Notes under the pieces: generated by a model
What the model was told of the DNA's origin: nothing
The model's input: only the letters and a program-made list of their open reading frames with translations
Database searches by the model: none
Made by a program: the position numbers and the translations under genes
In this document: piece after piece, positions 48,863-59,124 of the stretch
Layout of the letters: every line of letters starts with the position of its first letter
Numbering within the stretch: position 1 is the first letter of the stretch
Assembly (NCBI GenBank): GCA_963703315.1
Contig: OY969811.1
Coordinates: forward strand, 3,072,001-3,136,000
From: an uncultured cyanobacterium
GTDB taxonomy: Bacteria; Cyanobacteriota; Cyanobacteriia; Pseudanabaenales; Pseudanabaenaceae
Direction: 5' to 3'
Length of the DNA stretch: 64,000 bases

Positions 48863-50107
48863 ATGTCACCTAAAAAATCTCGACTTGGCGGTTATCTAGA
48901 ATCCCTCAAAAAATGGGAACTACGAGAAAATCCGTTTCACGCAACCCCGCCCGATGATCCACAACTACTAGCTCAAATATTTTATGGGCGCGATCAAGAA
49001 TTAGATATTGCCATTCCTACACTCTATGAAGGTAATAATATTCTAGTGAGAGGCACTTGGGGCATTGGTAAAACAGCTCTCATCCTCAATTTAATCTATC
49101 AACTACAACAAGAAGTAGCCGCTCAAGAGGAAAAGATGCTGGTACTTTATCTGAGTAGTATTCCAGCAGATAAACCTGTGGATTTTTATCGATCCTTATT
49201 AATGGCGATCTCAGACAGTTTAAAAGAGCAAGATTCCGAAGCTCAGGACATTGTCAATAGTCTGTTAGGTTATTCGATCCAACGTACTAAAACTTCTACT
49301 GAAGGCAAAGTTCAATTGTGGTCAATATCCTTTAGCGTCAAAGATGAAACTCCTTCTAATCCACTTACGCCAAATACTAACGCTGATCCTTATCCTTTAC
49401 TAATGCGACTATTAGATAAAGCCGAACAGAGATATAATCGCATAGTTTTTGCGATCGATGACTTTGACAAAAAAGATCCCATTGTTGTCCAAACCATTCT
49501 AGAAGGAAGCCTCGACCTTTTCCGTAATAGTAAAAATCGTGCGTTTATCATCACAGGCAGAGGTTTTACCGATCTCCAAGAAGCAACCTTAAAAGCTTTA
49601 GGCATCTTTTCAGAAGATATTAACCTTCCACCTATGGCTCCAGACGATCTGCGACACATAGCCATCAACTATCTTAATAGTGCCAGAATTTCTTCCCGTG
49701 ATGATTGTTATCCTTTTACTGACGAAGTGATGACGTTAATCACTGACTATGCCCAAGGATTTCCTCGCCAGCTAAACACCATTTGCGAGAAAGTGTTACG
49801 CCAAGCAGCATCTAAAGGATATGACGAAATTAACTTAGAAGCTTTTACAGATGTCTGGCAACTAGTCCAACAAGACTATACACGTTCCATTTCTCCTCAA
49901 TTACGTCATTTACTCTATGTCGCCCACCAAGCAGGAGGCATAAGTGAAGATATTGAAGATGAAGATTTAGCCAAACTAGATGCCTTAACCTATGTTTCGC
50001 TATTACCAAAACTCAAATCGATGGAAGATCTAGGAGTATTAATTCGTCGAGAAGATGAGGGCGGTATTCGTTTCTTACCATCCAAACTATTTCAACCGCC
50101 CACCTGA
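48863..50107 (+). CDS. AAA+/P-loop ATPase
   Basis: ENPF, FYGRDQEL, Walker A GTWGIGKT, Walker B FAIDDFD, AQGFPR. Confidence 0.88.
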   Translation: MSPKKSRLGGYLESLKKWELRENPFHATPPDDPQLLAQIFYGRDQELDIAIPTLYEGNNILVRGTWGIGKTALILNLIYQLQQEVAAQEEKMLVLYLSSIPADKPVDFYRSLLMAISDSLKEQDSEAQDIVNSLLGYSIQRTKTSTEGKVQLWSISFSVKDETPSNPLTPNTNADPYPLLMRLLDKAEQRYNRIVFAIDDFDKKDPIVVQTILEGSLDLFRNSKNRAFIITGRGFTDLQEATLKALGIFSEDINLPPMAPDDLRHIAINYLNSARISSRDDCYPFTDEVMTLITDYAQGFPRQLNTICEKVLRQAASKGYDEINLEAFTDVWQLVQQDYTRSISPQLRHLLYVAHQAGGISEDIEDEDLAKLDALTYVSLLPKLKSMEDLGVLIRREDEGGIRFLPSKLFQPPT

Positions 50108-50224
50108 TACACAGCCTCATTTTGCTAATCACCACTTTCAAACTCAGCCCTTGAGATGAATGATAAAGCTGAGGTTGTTATATTGGAGATAATATTGCCT
50201 ATATAGCGATCGCCCCACAAGACC

Positions 50225-51442
50225 ATGACTTTTGCGACCACAGCCTCACCCACACATACCAATTTCAAGATTCGTGCTGATATCCTTGATCTGCAACCAA
50301 GCCTTGTCCAATGGCGGAGAGACTTTCATCGCTTTCCTGAATTAGGTTTTCAAGAAAAGCGGACATCTACAGCGATCGCAGAGAAACTAACTGCATGGGG
50401 CATCCCTCATCAAACAGGCATTGCTCAAACTGGTATCGTTGCCACGATCGCTGGGACAAAGAAAGGCAAGCAAAAAGTCTTAGCAATCCGTGCTGATATG
50501 GATGCGTTGCCAATTCAAGAAGAAAATATCGTTAGTTATAAATCGCAAATTGATAACATGATGCACGCTTGTGGTCATGATGGACACACAGCGATCGCCT
50601 TAGGTACTGCCAAATATCTCTGGGAACATCGTGCTGATTTTAGTGGAACTGTCAAAATCATTTTTCAACCTGCTGAGGAAGGACCTGGGGGCGCAAAACC
50701 AATGATCGAAGCGGGAGTATTAGAAAACCCTAAAGTTGATGCGGTAATTGGTTTACATCTTTGGAATAATTTACCCCTTGGAACAGTTGGTGTGAGAAGT
50801 GGTGCATTAATGGCAGCAACTGAATACTTCCATTGCAAAATTATTGGACGCGGCGGACATGGCGCACTTCCCCATCAAACGATTGATTCCATTTTAGTAG
50901 CTGCTCAAGTGGTAAATACTATTCATAGCATCGTATCGCGCAATGTTAGTCCTCTCGAATCCGCGGTGATCAGTATCGGTGAATTACACGCTGGTTCCGC
51001 TACGAATATCATCGCTGATTCCGCCAGAATTAGTGGCACGGTGCGATTTTTTAATCCTGAAGTTGGCGCAAAATTGGCATTGCGTTTGGAAGAAGCGATC
51101 GCAGGTGTCTGTGCAGCACATGGCGCTTCTTATGAGTTGAAATATACTAAGCTCTATCCTGCGGTAATTAATGATCATGCGATCGCGGAATTAGTTCGCT
51201 CTGTCGCGGAAACTGTCATCGAAACTCCCGCAGGTATCGTTCCCGAATGTCAAACGATGGGTGGTGAAGATGTATCTTTCTTTTTAGAAGCTGTAGCAGG
51301 TTGCTACTTCTTTCTCGGTTCTGCTAATCCAGATAAGGGTTTAGCCTATCCTCACCACCATCCTCGCTTCAACTTTGATGAGACGGCACTGGCAACTGGT
51401 GTAGAAATCTTTGCCCGTTGTGTCGAAAAGTTTTTGGGTTAG
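50225..51442 (+). CDS. M20D amidohydrolase
   Basis: FHRFPELGFQE, IRADMDALP, MHACGHDGH, FQPAEEG, PHHHPRF. Confidence 0.95.
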   Translation: MTFATTASPTHTNFKIRADILDLQPSLVQWRRDFHRFPELGFQEKRTSTAIAEKLTAWGIPHQTGIAQTGIVATIAGTKKGKQKVLAIRADMDALPIQEENIVSYKSQIDNMMHACGHDGHTAIALGTAKYLWEHRADFSGTVKIIFQPAEEGPGGAKPMIEAGVLENPKVDAVIGLHLWNNLPLGTVGVRSGALMAATEYFHCKIIGRGGHGALPHQTIDSILVAAQVVNTIHSIVSRNVSPLESAVISIGELHAGSATNIIADSARISGTVRFFNPEVGAKLALRLEEAIAGVCAAHGASYELKYTKLYPAVINDHAIAELVRSVAETVIETPAGIVPECQTMGGEDVSFFLEAVAGCYFFLGSANPDKGLAYPHHHPRFNFDETALATGVEIFARCVEKFLG

Positions 51443-51492
51443 GCTTGAGGTTATTCCAATACCGCGATTTATAGATTTGTTAGGAGAGTTCA

Positions 51493-52125
51493 GTGATGAT
51501 TGCTCAACCACAATATACAAGCCCAGAAGATAATCAACTAATCATGTCACCTGAAGCCTATCTCGCATGGGAAAGTGAACAGGATAGTAAATATGAATAC
51601 GAAAACGGTAAAATCATTGCGATGACAGGTGGCACTATTCCCCATAGTCAGATTCCGCTTAATTTTGCTTCTTTGCTACTTATGCACCTGCGGGGTAAAG
51701 GCTGCAAGATCACTATCAGTGATGCTAAAGTCTTTGTCAAATCTGGGAAATATTATTATCCTGATGTAGTGGTTTCCTGTGATGAGCGCGATCGCTTCTC
51801 CCGTGATTTCTTGCAATATCCCACCCTCATCGCGGAAGTTCTATCACCAACAACGGAATCACGCGATCGCGGTATTAAGCAGCAAAACTATATGGCGATC
51901 GAGACGCTGCAAACCTATATCCTGATTACTCCCGAACGCCCCAGAATCGAAGTTTATCAAAGACTAGATCGGGCTTGGGAATATCAATCTATAGCGATCG
52001 CGCAGACAAGTTTCGATCAGGAAGATCCGCTAATCGCCATCACCAGTATTGATTTCCAGTTTCCTCTATCAGCACTTTACGAAAATGTTGATTTTTTTGA
52101 TGATGAACAAACTCTAGAAGAGTAA
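51493..52125 (+). CDS. Uma2 family endonuclease
   Basis: YEYENGKIIAMTGG, YYYPDVVVSCD, AEVLSPTTESRDRG. Confidence 0.9.
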   Translation: MMIAQPQYTSPEDNQLIMSPEAYLAWESEQDSKYEYENGKIIAMTGGTIPHSQIPLNFASLLLMHLRGKGCKITISDAKVFVKSGKYYYPDVVVSCDERDRFSRDFLQYPTLIAEVLSPTTESRDRGIKQQNYMAIETLQTYILITPERPRIEVYQRLDRAWEYQSIAIAQTSFDQEDPLIAITSIDFQFPLSALYENVDFFDDEQTLEE

Positions 52126-52200
52126 GCGGCGTTGAGGACTGTCTTATCCATTTATGTTACTCTCAAGATTAATGTCGAATAAAACTTTGAGGGAAAGCTG

Positions 52201-52701
52201 ATGACACAGGCTTACTTAGAGACACAGGATATCCACGAACCAGCGATCGCTAACAATTCCCTTGATTCACTTCCTGCGCTCTATGAATGTGACTTTAATC
52301 TCTGGATTGAGGCAACAGCCCAGCTATTGCGTGAGGGCAGAGTAGCAGACCTAGACGTGGTGAATTTAATTGAAGAAGTGGAATCGATGGGAAATAGTGA
52401 TAAACACGCTTTAAGTAGTGATTTAGTCGTGGTTTTACTACATTTGCTGAAATGGCAATATCAACCGCACAAACGTACAAGAAGCTGGGAAAAAAGTATC
52501 GCTGAGCATCGTCGTCGCCTAGATGAACGCTTTGAAGTTAGTCCTAGTTTGAAAAGATATTATTTGCAAATATTTGATAAATGCTATCGAAATGCAAGAA
52601 AACAAGCCAAAATTGAAACAAGATTACCTTTAGCTCATTTCCCTGAGATTTGCCCTTTTACTTCTGAGCAAGTGTGTGATGAAGACTTTTTGCCTGAATA
52701 G
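52201..52701 (+). CDS. DUF29 family protein
   Basis: LYECDFNLW, NLIEEVESMG, HLLKWQYQ, SPSLK, FPEICPF. Confidence 0.9.
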   Translation: MTQAYLETQDIHEPAIANNSLDSLPALYECDFNLWIEATAQLLREGRVADLDVVNLIEEVESMGNSDKHALSSDLVVVLLHLLKWQYQPHKRTRSWEKSIAEHRRRLDERFEVSPSLKRYYLQIFDKCYRNARKQAKIETRLPLAHFPEICPFTSEQVCDEDFLPE

Positions 52702-52733
52702 GCGATCGCCTGTCAGTGCATCGCGAAGGATTT

Positions 52734-52831
52734 GGCATTGGTCAGCTAATCGGGTATAGGCTCTGAAACGTACATTTCATGCTGACAAAAAAGACTCAAA
52801 TACGTCGATCACGCTTTAACTGTCCAGTGCC
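52734..52831. mobile_element. 98-bp MITE with ends related to the IS1-family element at 12721
   Basis: GGCATTGGTCAGCTAAT ... TTTAACTGTCCAGTGCC, each 15/17 to GGCACTGGTCAGTTAAT. Confidence 0.65.
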
Positions 52832-53044
52832 ATTTTCGGTGATCTTAGCGTGTTCTATTTTCTTGGATAATTTCAAACATAGGATTTTGTGCCTTTGGTA
52901 AATTTTCGGTTTTTATGTGTTTACTCTTGAGAAAAGGCGCTAGCCATGGGCATAAAAAAGACAAGAATTTATCTGTCCCTATGATGCTTAGAATAACTCA
53001 GAACTCAAAAAAAGCACTAAATTACAGGGAGTGAAAATTTACTA

Positions 53045-53566
53045 ATGGAAGAAATCAGTGCTGAACAACTAGCATCTCAACTATATCAAGAAGGAGTAAG
53101 CAACTTTGAGAGCGGTAACTATCAACAGGCGATCGCTTTACTCGAACGCGCCCGTGCTTTAGCAATTTTAGAAACCGTTTTGGGTGGCGAAATCTTAGTA
53201 TGGCTAGCTAATTCCTACGATGCTGTAGGCAAAACTGAGGAAGCGATCGCCCTCTGTCGAAGCCTTAAGAAACACACTGTCGGCGATGTTCGCAAATCAG
53301 CCCGTTATATGCTAGGGATTTTGACTGCACCACCCCTCAGCAAACTTGAAGGCGTTACTTCCGAAGTACCGATTTTACAATCGCCCGATACTTATCAATC
53401 TGCACCTGTCGCCAGAACCAAAAGCCAAACTAATACCAGTCAAAAGCCATTTCGTGAAGTTTCCCTAGACAAGCCCAATACTGATAGTAGTGGTACGAAT
53501 AAATTTCTATGGTTTGCGATCGCCACCACCATATTGCTGTTAGCCCTTTGGTCAAAATTTATTTAG
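53045..53566 (+). CDS. TPR-containing protein with C-terminal TM anchor
   Basis: YQEG...FESGNYQQAI, WLANSYDAVG; hydrophobic C-terminus. Confidence 0.8.
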   Translation: MEEISAEQLASQLYQEGVSNFESGNYQQAIALLERARALAILETVLGGEILVWLANSYDAVGKTEEAIALCRSLKKHTVGDVRKSARYMLGILTAPPLSKLEGVTSEVPILQSPDTYQSAPVARTKSQTNTSQKPFREVSLDKPNTDSSGTNKFLWFAIATTILLLALWSKFI

Positions 53567-53593
53567 AGAAAGCGCTTTAGAGCGATCTTCAGT

Positions 53594-53649
53594 TAAAAAC
53601 CAAAAGAGAGTGGCGGCGCTTCGCGCCGCCACTCTCTTTTTGGTTTTTA
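53594..53649. repeat. GC-TTC-GC palindrome
   Basis: taaaaaccaaaagagagtggcggcgc-ttc-gcgccgccactctctttttggttttta (one-nt bulge). Confidence 0.8.
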
Positions 53650-53753
53650 GCGACAGTGCTTTAAGTGCTAGCGATATCAAACCCAAGATTGAATGCTATG
53701 CTAGCTTATACTTTTGTTAAGTTAATTAAAGCAAAATTCAAACTTAATCGATT

Positions 53754-54713
53754 GTGATATCGAGTAAATTTCAACTATTTCTGGGAGTAAATGGAGTGAT
53801 GAGGAGAGCGATCCCCGCACAATGGGTTAATTTAGGAATGCACCTGCTTTCAATGGCTTTCGGGCTATTTGGCTTGATTTTAGTACTACCAAATACTGCT
53901 TTTATTGAAAGCTTGTCCGAAGCTGGTTTGCAAGTCTTTTCATGGGGAATGCAAAATGGCGGTGCATCCTACATGATTTTTGGCGCGATCGCCGCATTCT
54001 TGTACGGTAAGCAAACGATTGGACTAAAACGTACCCTTGCCTTTTGTATTCCTGCGATCGGGATTTCTTTAAGTAGTGAGTTGCTTGGCACTAGCACAGG
54101 CTTCCCCTTTGGTGCATATTCCTATCTAAGCGGACTCGGTTATAAAATTGCCGATCTCGTTCCATTTACGATCCCTCTGTCATGGTTTTACATGGGATTT
54201 TCCGCTTTTCTTGTAGCTGCCACGCTGATGCGCTTCGGTACAGGTTGGGGCTATCGGATTGCAGCGATCGCACTGGGTGCATTGATGCTCACCTCATGGG
54301 ATTTTGTGCTTGATCCCGCGATGAGCCAAACTCCCTATCCTTTCTGGGAATGGCATCAAGCAGGGCAATTTTACGGAATGCCTTATCAAAACTTTTTTGG
54401 TTGGTTCGGCACAGGCTCATTATTCATGACCGTTGCTTCTCTGCTTTGGGGCAAGAACAATCAACCAATTCTCAATCGTCAGCAAATTCTGTTTCCTGCG
54501 ATTATTTATGCAGGTAACTTTGCCTTTGCCTTGATCCTCAGCTTTAATGCAGGTTTCTATGTACCCGCATTACTCGGTATTGTTGTTGGCGCATTGCCGC
54601 TAGCGTTGCTTTATTTCACAACACCTCATGGTGAAGTAGGTAATGATCAGGCGATCGCGACTGCTTCTAATAATACAACCGTAATCGCTGTCGAAACTGT
54701 TCCTACTCGTTGA
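53754..54713 (+). CDS. cruF: Carotenoid 1',2'-hydratase CruF
   Basis: SELLGTSTGFPFGAYSY, VPFTIPLSWF, WDFVLDPAM, GMPYQNFFGW. Confidence 0.85.
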   Translation: MISSKFQLFLGVNGVMRRAIPAQWVNLGMHLLSMAFGLFGLILVLPNTAFIESLSEAGLQVFSWGMQNGGASYMIFGAIAAFLYGKQTIGLKRTLAFCIPAIGISLSSELLGTSTGFPFGAYSYLSGLGYKIADLVPFTIPLSWFYMGFSAFLVAATLMRFGTGWGYRIAAIALGALMLTSWDFVLDPAMSQTPYPFWEWHQAGQFYGMPYQNFFGWFGTGSLFMTVASLLWGKNNQPILNRQQILFPAIIYAGNFAFALILSFNAGFYVPALLGIVVGALPLALLYFTTPHGEVGNDQAIATASNNTTVIAVETVPTR

Positions 54714-54733
54714 TTAAACAAGCTCTACACAGC

Positions 54734-54786
54734 ATGATAAATAAAAAAGGGGTGGCGCTAAGCGCCACCCCTTTTTTATTTATCAT
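54734..54786. terminator. Perfect 25-bp palindrome, GC-TAA-GC loop, overlapping the response regulator stop
   Basis: atgataaataaaaaaggggtggcgc-taa-gcgccaccccttttttatttatcat. Confidence 0.8.
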
Positions 54787-55490
54787 TTGCCTTGTAAATT
54801 TTTTAGTTCACGCAGAATAACCATCAAACCTTTATTTTGGTGGTCAAGCTGCTCTGAAATCTTATCCATGCGTTGCGTCAAAGAGTTAATTACCTGATCT
54901 TGATGATCAATTCGAGTATTTAACTCATTAAACCTTGCCACAACTTCGCGTTGGATTAAGTTTTCGATACCTTGGACTAGCAAAGTCTCAGTCGAGGTCA
55001 GTCGATTGACGATCATTTGCAAACTAGGTTCTTCACTATGCTGTGGCTGCACTTCTCTCGTCGCCGTAGGAGCAGAGCGAGACGTAGCTGAGGAAATTGG
55101 TGGAGCCGCATCGGGAGGTAAAAAGTTTTGAATGCGCGATACTAAGACATCGGCTTCAAAAGGCTTTTCGAGAAAATCAAACTCCGTAAATGGCTCAGGT
55201 ACGTGTTCAGTGACTTGTTCTTTGAGTCCCGAAATCATGATTACAGGAACTTTTTGTAATCCTTCAACACGACGGATTGCCTGTAAGGTTTGATAACCGT
55301 TGTATTTGGGCATCACAAAATCCAGCAAAATTAGGTCAGGGAAGGCTCTACGAGCAGCATCTAATCCTGATTTGCCATCACTTGCTTCTAAGACATCATA
55401 TTTGCCCGACAAAATGCTTTTAACCATTTTGCGGATCATGATGCTGTCGTCAATTACCAGTACTTTCTTTGCAGTCATGGATTTGAGCAA
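54783..55490 (-). CDS. Response regulator receiver protein with C-terminal coiled coil
   Basis: VLVIDDS, DLILLDFVMP, MISG, FLEKPF. Confidence 0.9.
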   Translation of the reverse strand: MLKSMTAKKVLVIDDSIMIRKMVKSILSGKYDVLEASDGKSGLDAARRAFPDLILLDFVMPKYNGYQTLQAIRRVEGLQKVPVIMISGLKEQVTEHVPEPFTEFDFLEKPFEADVLVSRIQNFLPPDAAPPISSATSRSAPTATREVQPQHSEEPSLQMIVNRLTSTETLLVQGIENLIQREVVARFNELNTRIDHQDQVINSLTQRMDKISEQLDHQNKGLMVILRELKNLQGK

Positions 55491-55765
55491 TCCGCCCCAA
55501 ATAGCTATGCGAGACCATCATATTACATCACAAAATTTGATTAGTAGAAATATTTTCTGATCAAATTGAATTCTATAGCAATGCAAGTTTTGCTTAGGAC
55601 GTAAAACCAGAAGATGAGTTGCGACTCGAAGCGCCGCAACTCACTTCTTGGGTTTGGAGTTGAAGAAATCACGCTTTTGGCAAGAAATATTAAGGTTTAT
55701 GGAGACTGACATAATTGCTCTTGTATCATAGCCAAGTTGGTTTTATAGACTAATAGTGGCGACAA

Positions 55766-56554
55766 ATGCAGAAAAAAATCGCTGTAAAGCTCACGATCGC
55801 CAATATTCTGAATGGGGCAACGCGGGGTTTAGCCGTAACTGCCATTAGTGGCTATCAGAAATTTCTTTCGCCGCATAAAGGTTTTTCTTGCGCCCATCGA
55901 GTTTTGTATGGTTGCGAATCCTGCTCACAGTATTTTAAACGGGTAATTGCGGAGGAGGGGATTGGACAGGCGATCGCTAATGCGAAGGGACGATTTCAAG
56001 AATGTCGAGAAGCTAATCAAATTTTAAAAGCGCGTCGGGCAAAGTGTCGAGCAATACGTAAGTATTATGCGAGTCGGTTAGTCTCGCATAACTCAAATAT
56101 TATGGCGATCGAGTCAGGTGAATCTGGCAATCCTGAAAATATGCCTGAACCTGAAATACCTGATATTGACCAAGATCTTGGAGATCTTGAGCAAGATCTT
56201 GAAAATTCCGATACTCAAACCATCGGCGGTTCGCAATGGGAGCAAAAAAGGCGATCGCAAGCTAATCAACAAAACAATCAAACGGATGGGGGCAGTAATA
56301 ACAATTGCAATGATTGCGCGGATTGTGCCGACTGTGCTGATGGACTCAATGCGATTCCTAGTGATTGCATCAGTAGCGATCGCACCTGCGACAATCCTCT
56401 TGATGGTGCAAATTGTCCAGACTTAAGCTGTCCCGATCTCAATTGTGGCAATGCTGATTGTTTGTCAGGAATGGATTGTAGTGGGCTAGATTGCAGTGGC
56501 TTAGATTGTAGTGGTTTGGATTGTGGAGGACTAGACTGCGGCGGTTGTGGTTAG
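55766..56554 (+). CDS. YidD-like domain fused to an acidic, Cys-rich repeat tail
   Basis: AISGYQKFLSPHKGFSCAHR..SCSQY; tail of repeated DCSGL/DCGGL ending CGGCG. Confidence 0.75.
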   Translation: MQKKIAVKLTIANILNGATRGLAVTAISGYQKFLSPHKGFSCAHRVLYGCESCSQYFKRVIAEEGIGQAIANAKGRFQECREANQILKARRAKCRAIRKYYASRLVSHNSNIMAIESGESGNPENMPEPEIPDIDQDLGDLEQDLENSDTQTIGGSQWEQKRRSQANQQNNQTDGGSNNNCNDCADCADCADGLNAIPSDCISSDRTCDNPLDGANCPDLSCPDLNCGNADCLSGMDCSGLDCSGLDCSGLDCGGLDCGGCG

Positions 56555-56634
56555 CAGCAGCCAATATAGCTATCGCCAAATTTGACTAAGATTAAAACAG
56601 TAAGATAGACGCGATCGCCTAGTCATCAAAAACT

Positions 56635-57270
56635 ATGAGTCAACAACCTGTCACCATCGAAGACATCTACGCACTATTCCGTACCTCCCAAGCAGAATTT
56701 CAAGAAGAATTACGACTCTCGCGAGAGGAATATGATCGCCGTTCTGCCGAAGCTGATCGCCGTTCTGCTGAAGCCGATCGCCGCGCTGCCGAAATTGATC
56801 AATCCCTTGAGAAACTCAGAAAATCAGTAGCTGAAACAACCCGTGCGGTTAATGGATTGACAAGTCGTTGGGGTAGATTTGTGGAGGAGTTAGTCGAACC
56901 TGCGGTAGTTAGACTGTTTCAAGAGCGTGGCATCGATGTAAAAGAAAAACATCCTAGAGTTAGTGTAAAGCGGCAGGATGTGGCGATGGAAATAGATATC
57001 CTAGTTGTAGACACAACCGATGTCGTTTTAGTGGAATGCAAGTCTCGCCTCTCTAGGGATGATGTCAATGAGTTTCTTGAGAAATTACAAAAATTTAAAC
57101 TAGCATTTCCAGCTTATAAAAACTATCAAGCCTATGGTGCTGTCGCAGGAATTGAAATTAATGAAGGTGTCGATAGATATGCCTATAAAAAAGGGCTATT
57201 TGTGATCCGTCCCTCTGGCAATACCGTAGAAATAGTGAACGATGATCAGTTTCAGCCTATGACTTGGTAA
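56635..57270 (+). CDS. Coiled-coil repeat plus PD-(D/E)XK nuclease-like protein (DUF3782-like)
   Basis: RWGRFVEELV.P, MEIDIL, LVECKS, YGAVAG; heptad repeats DRRSAEA. Confidence 0.8.
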   Translation: MSQQPVTIEDIYALFRTSQAEFQEELRLSREEYDRRSAEADRRSAEADRRAAEIDQSLEKLRKSVAETTRAVNGLTSRWGRFVEELVEPAVVRLFQERGIDVKEKHPRVSVKRQDVAMEIDILVVDTTDVVLVECKSRLSRDDVNEFLEKLQKFKLAFPAYKNYQAYGAVAGIEINEGVDRYAYKKGLFVIRPSGNTVEIVNDDQFQPMTW

Positions 57271-57339
57271 GGCGAGCTAATTATGGGGCGATCGCGATAT
57301 CAGGGTTACAATTCTCTAAAGAGTGGATAAGATAAGACG

Positions 57340-59100
57340 GTGAGCTTGATGATTGAGCATGATGTATTAATTATTGGTGGTGGTTTAGCTGGTTCTAGGG
57401 CAGCACTGTCAGTAGCCCAAAACTATCCCAATCTTAGTGTGGGCTTAATTTCTAAAGTGCATCCGATCCGATCGCACTCAGTCGCGGCACAGGGCGGGAT
57501 CGCCGCCTCACTAAAAAATGTCGATCATGACGATTGGCTCACCCATGCCTTCGATACGATCAAAGGCTCTGATTATCTAGCCGATCAGAATGCGGTCAGA
57601 GTCTTGACCGAATCGGCTCCTGAAGTAATTATTGATTTAGAACATTTAGGGGTTTTATTTTCTCGCGCAGAAGATGGACGGATTGCCCAGCGCCCTTTTG
57701 GTGGACATACCTTTAGTCGTGCTTGTTATGCGGCGGATAAAACAGGTCATGCGATTCTGCACGAATTGGTGATGAATTTGCGGCGACTCGGCGGCACGAT
57801 TTACCAAGAATGGTATGTGATGGATTTGATTTATGAAGATGGAGTCAATGGAACGGAAGTCAAGGGCGTAGTCGCTTACAGTTTGGAAACTTCGGAGATT
57901 GAAGTGTTTCGGGCAAAGGCGGTATTGATGGCTACAGGGGGCTATGGAAGGGTTTTTAATACCACTTCTAACGATTTAGCCTCAACGGGAGATGGTCTAT
58001 GCTTAACGGCAAATATTGGCTTGCCATTGCAAGATATGGAGTTTGTGCAGTTCCATCCAACGGGCTTATATCCAGTAGGAGTGCTAATTTCGGAGGCGGT
58101 GCGCGGTGAAGGAGCATATTTGATTAATGATCAAGGCGATCGCTTTATGGCGAATTATCCGATCAGCAAAAATCGGATGGAACTCTCACCCCGTGATATT
58201 ACTTCACGAAATATTGCCTGTGAAATCATGGAAGGACGCGGGATCAATGGCGGTAATTATGTCTATTTAGATGTGCGCCATCTAGGAAGAGAAAAAATTC
58301 TCAGTCGGATTCCCTTTGCCCGTGAGGAAGGCTTGCGCTTAGCAGGTGTGGATTGCATCGATCATCCTCTGCCCGTGCGTCCTACGGCACATTACTCAAT
58401 GGGTGGCATCCCTACAAATATCGATTGTCAAGTGATTGGTGTGGATAGCAAGGCGATCGCAGGATTTTTTGCGGCGGGTGAATGTTCTTGTGTATCTGTG
58501 CATGGTGCAAATCGCTTAGGCGCAAATTCCCTACTGGAATGTGTGGTCTTTGGTAAACGTGCGGGTGAGAAATTGGGAGCTTATGTCAGCGATCGTCCAA
58601 TGCCCAAAGTCGATCCGCGTCCTTATTTAGTGGATGCAGAAGCGAAAATTAAAGGGATATTATCCAAACAAGGCAAATCACGCATTGCCGATATTCGGCA
58701 ACAATTGCAAGACACGATGACCGAGCATTGCGGCATTTTCCGTGATGATCAACGGTTGCGAGATGGCTTAGCAAAACTCCAAACTATTCGCGATCGCTAC
58801 GAGCAGGATTTATTAGTCGATGACCATAGCCCCGTATTTAATATGGAGTTAATGCAAGCGATCGAACTCAAAAGTTTGCTGACTGTAGGAGAGATCATTA
58901 TGTCTAGTGCTTTATCGCGCCAAGAGAGTAGGGGCGCACATTCCCGTGAAGACTTTCCCCAAAGGGATGATGTAAACTATCTCAAACATACCCTAGGCTA
59001 TCTAGAAAATGGTAAGGTAAAGACTAGCGATCGTTCCGTTGACATGAGCTTACAATTAATTGACCGTGATCGCTTTACCCCCCAAGAACGAAAATATTAG
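57340..59100 (+). CDS. sdhA: Succinate dehydrogenase flavoprotein subunit
   Basis: IGGGLAG, RSHSVAAQGG, EFVQFHPTG, HYSMGG, VHGANRLGANSL, RQESRGAH. Confidence 0.96.
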   Translation: MSLMIEHDVLIIGGGLAGSRAALSVAQNYPNLSVGLISKVHPIRSHSVAAQGGIAASLKNVDHDDWLTHAFDTIKGSDYLADQNAVRVLTESAPEVIIDLEHLGVLFSRAEDGRIAQRPFGGHTFSRACYAADKTGHAILHELVMNLRRLGGTIYQEWYVMDLIYEDGVNGTEVKGVVAYSLETSEIEVFRAKAVLMATGGYGRVFNTTSNDLASTGDGLCLTANIGLPLQDMEFVQFHPTGLYPVGVLISEAVRGEGAYLINDQGDRFMANYPISKNRMELSPRDITSRNIACEIMEGRGINGGNYVYLDVRHLGREKILSRIPFAREEGLRLAGVDCIDHPLPVRPTAHYSMGGIPTNIDCQVIGVDSKAIAGFFAAGECSCVSVHGANRLGANSLLECVVFGKRAGEKLGAYVSDRPMPKVDPRPYLVDAEAKIKGILSKQGKSRIADIRQQLQDTMTEHCGIFRDDQRLRDGLAKLQTIRDRYEQDLLVDDHSPVFNMELMQAIELKSLLTVGEIIMSSALSRQESRGAHSREDFPQRDDVNYLKHTLGYLENGKVKTSDRSVDMSLQLIDRDRFTPQERKY

Positions 59101-59124
59101 CCATTTTGAGAGTAGAAAGTAACT

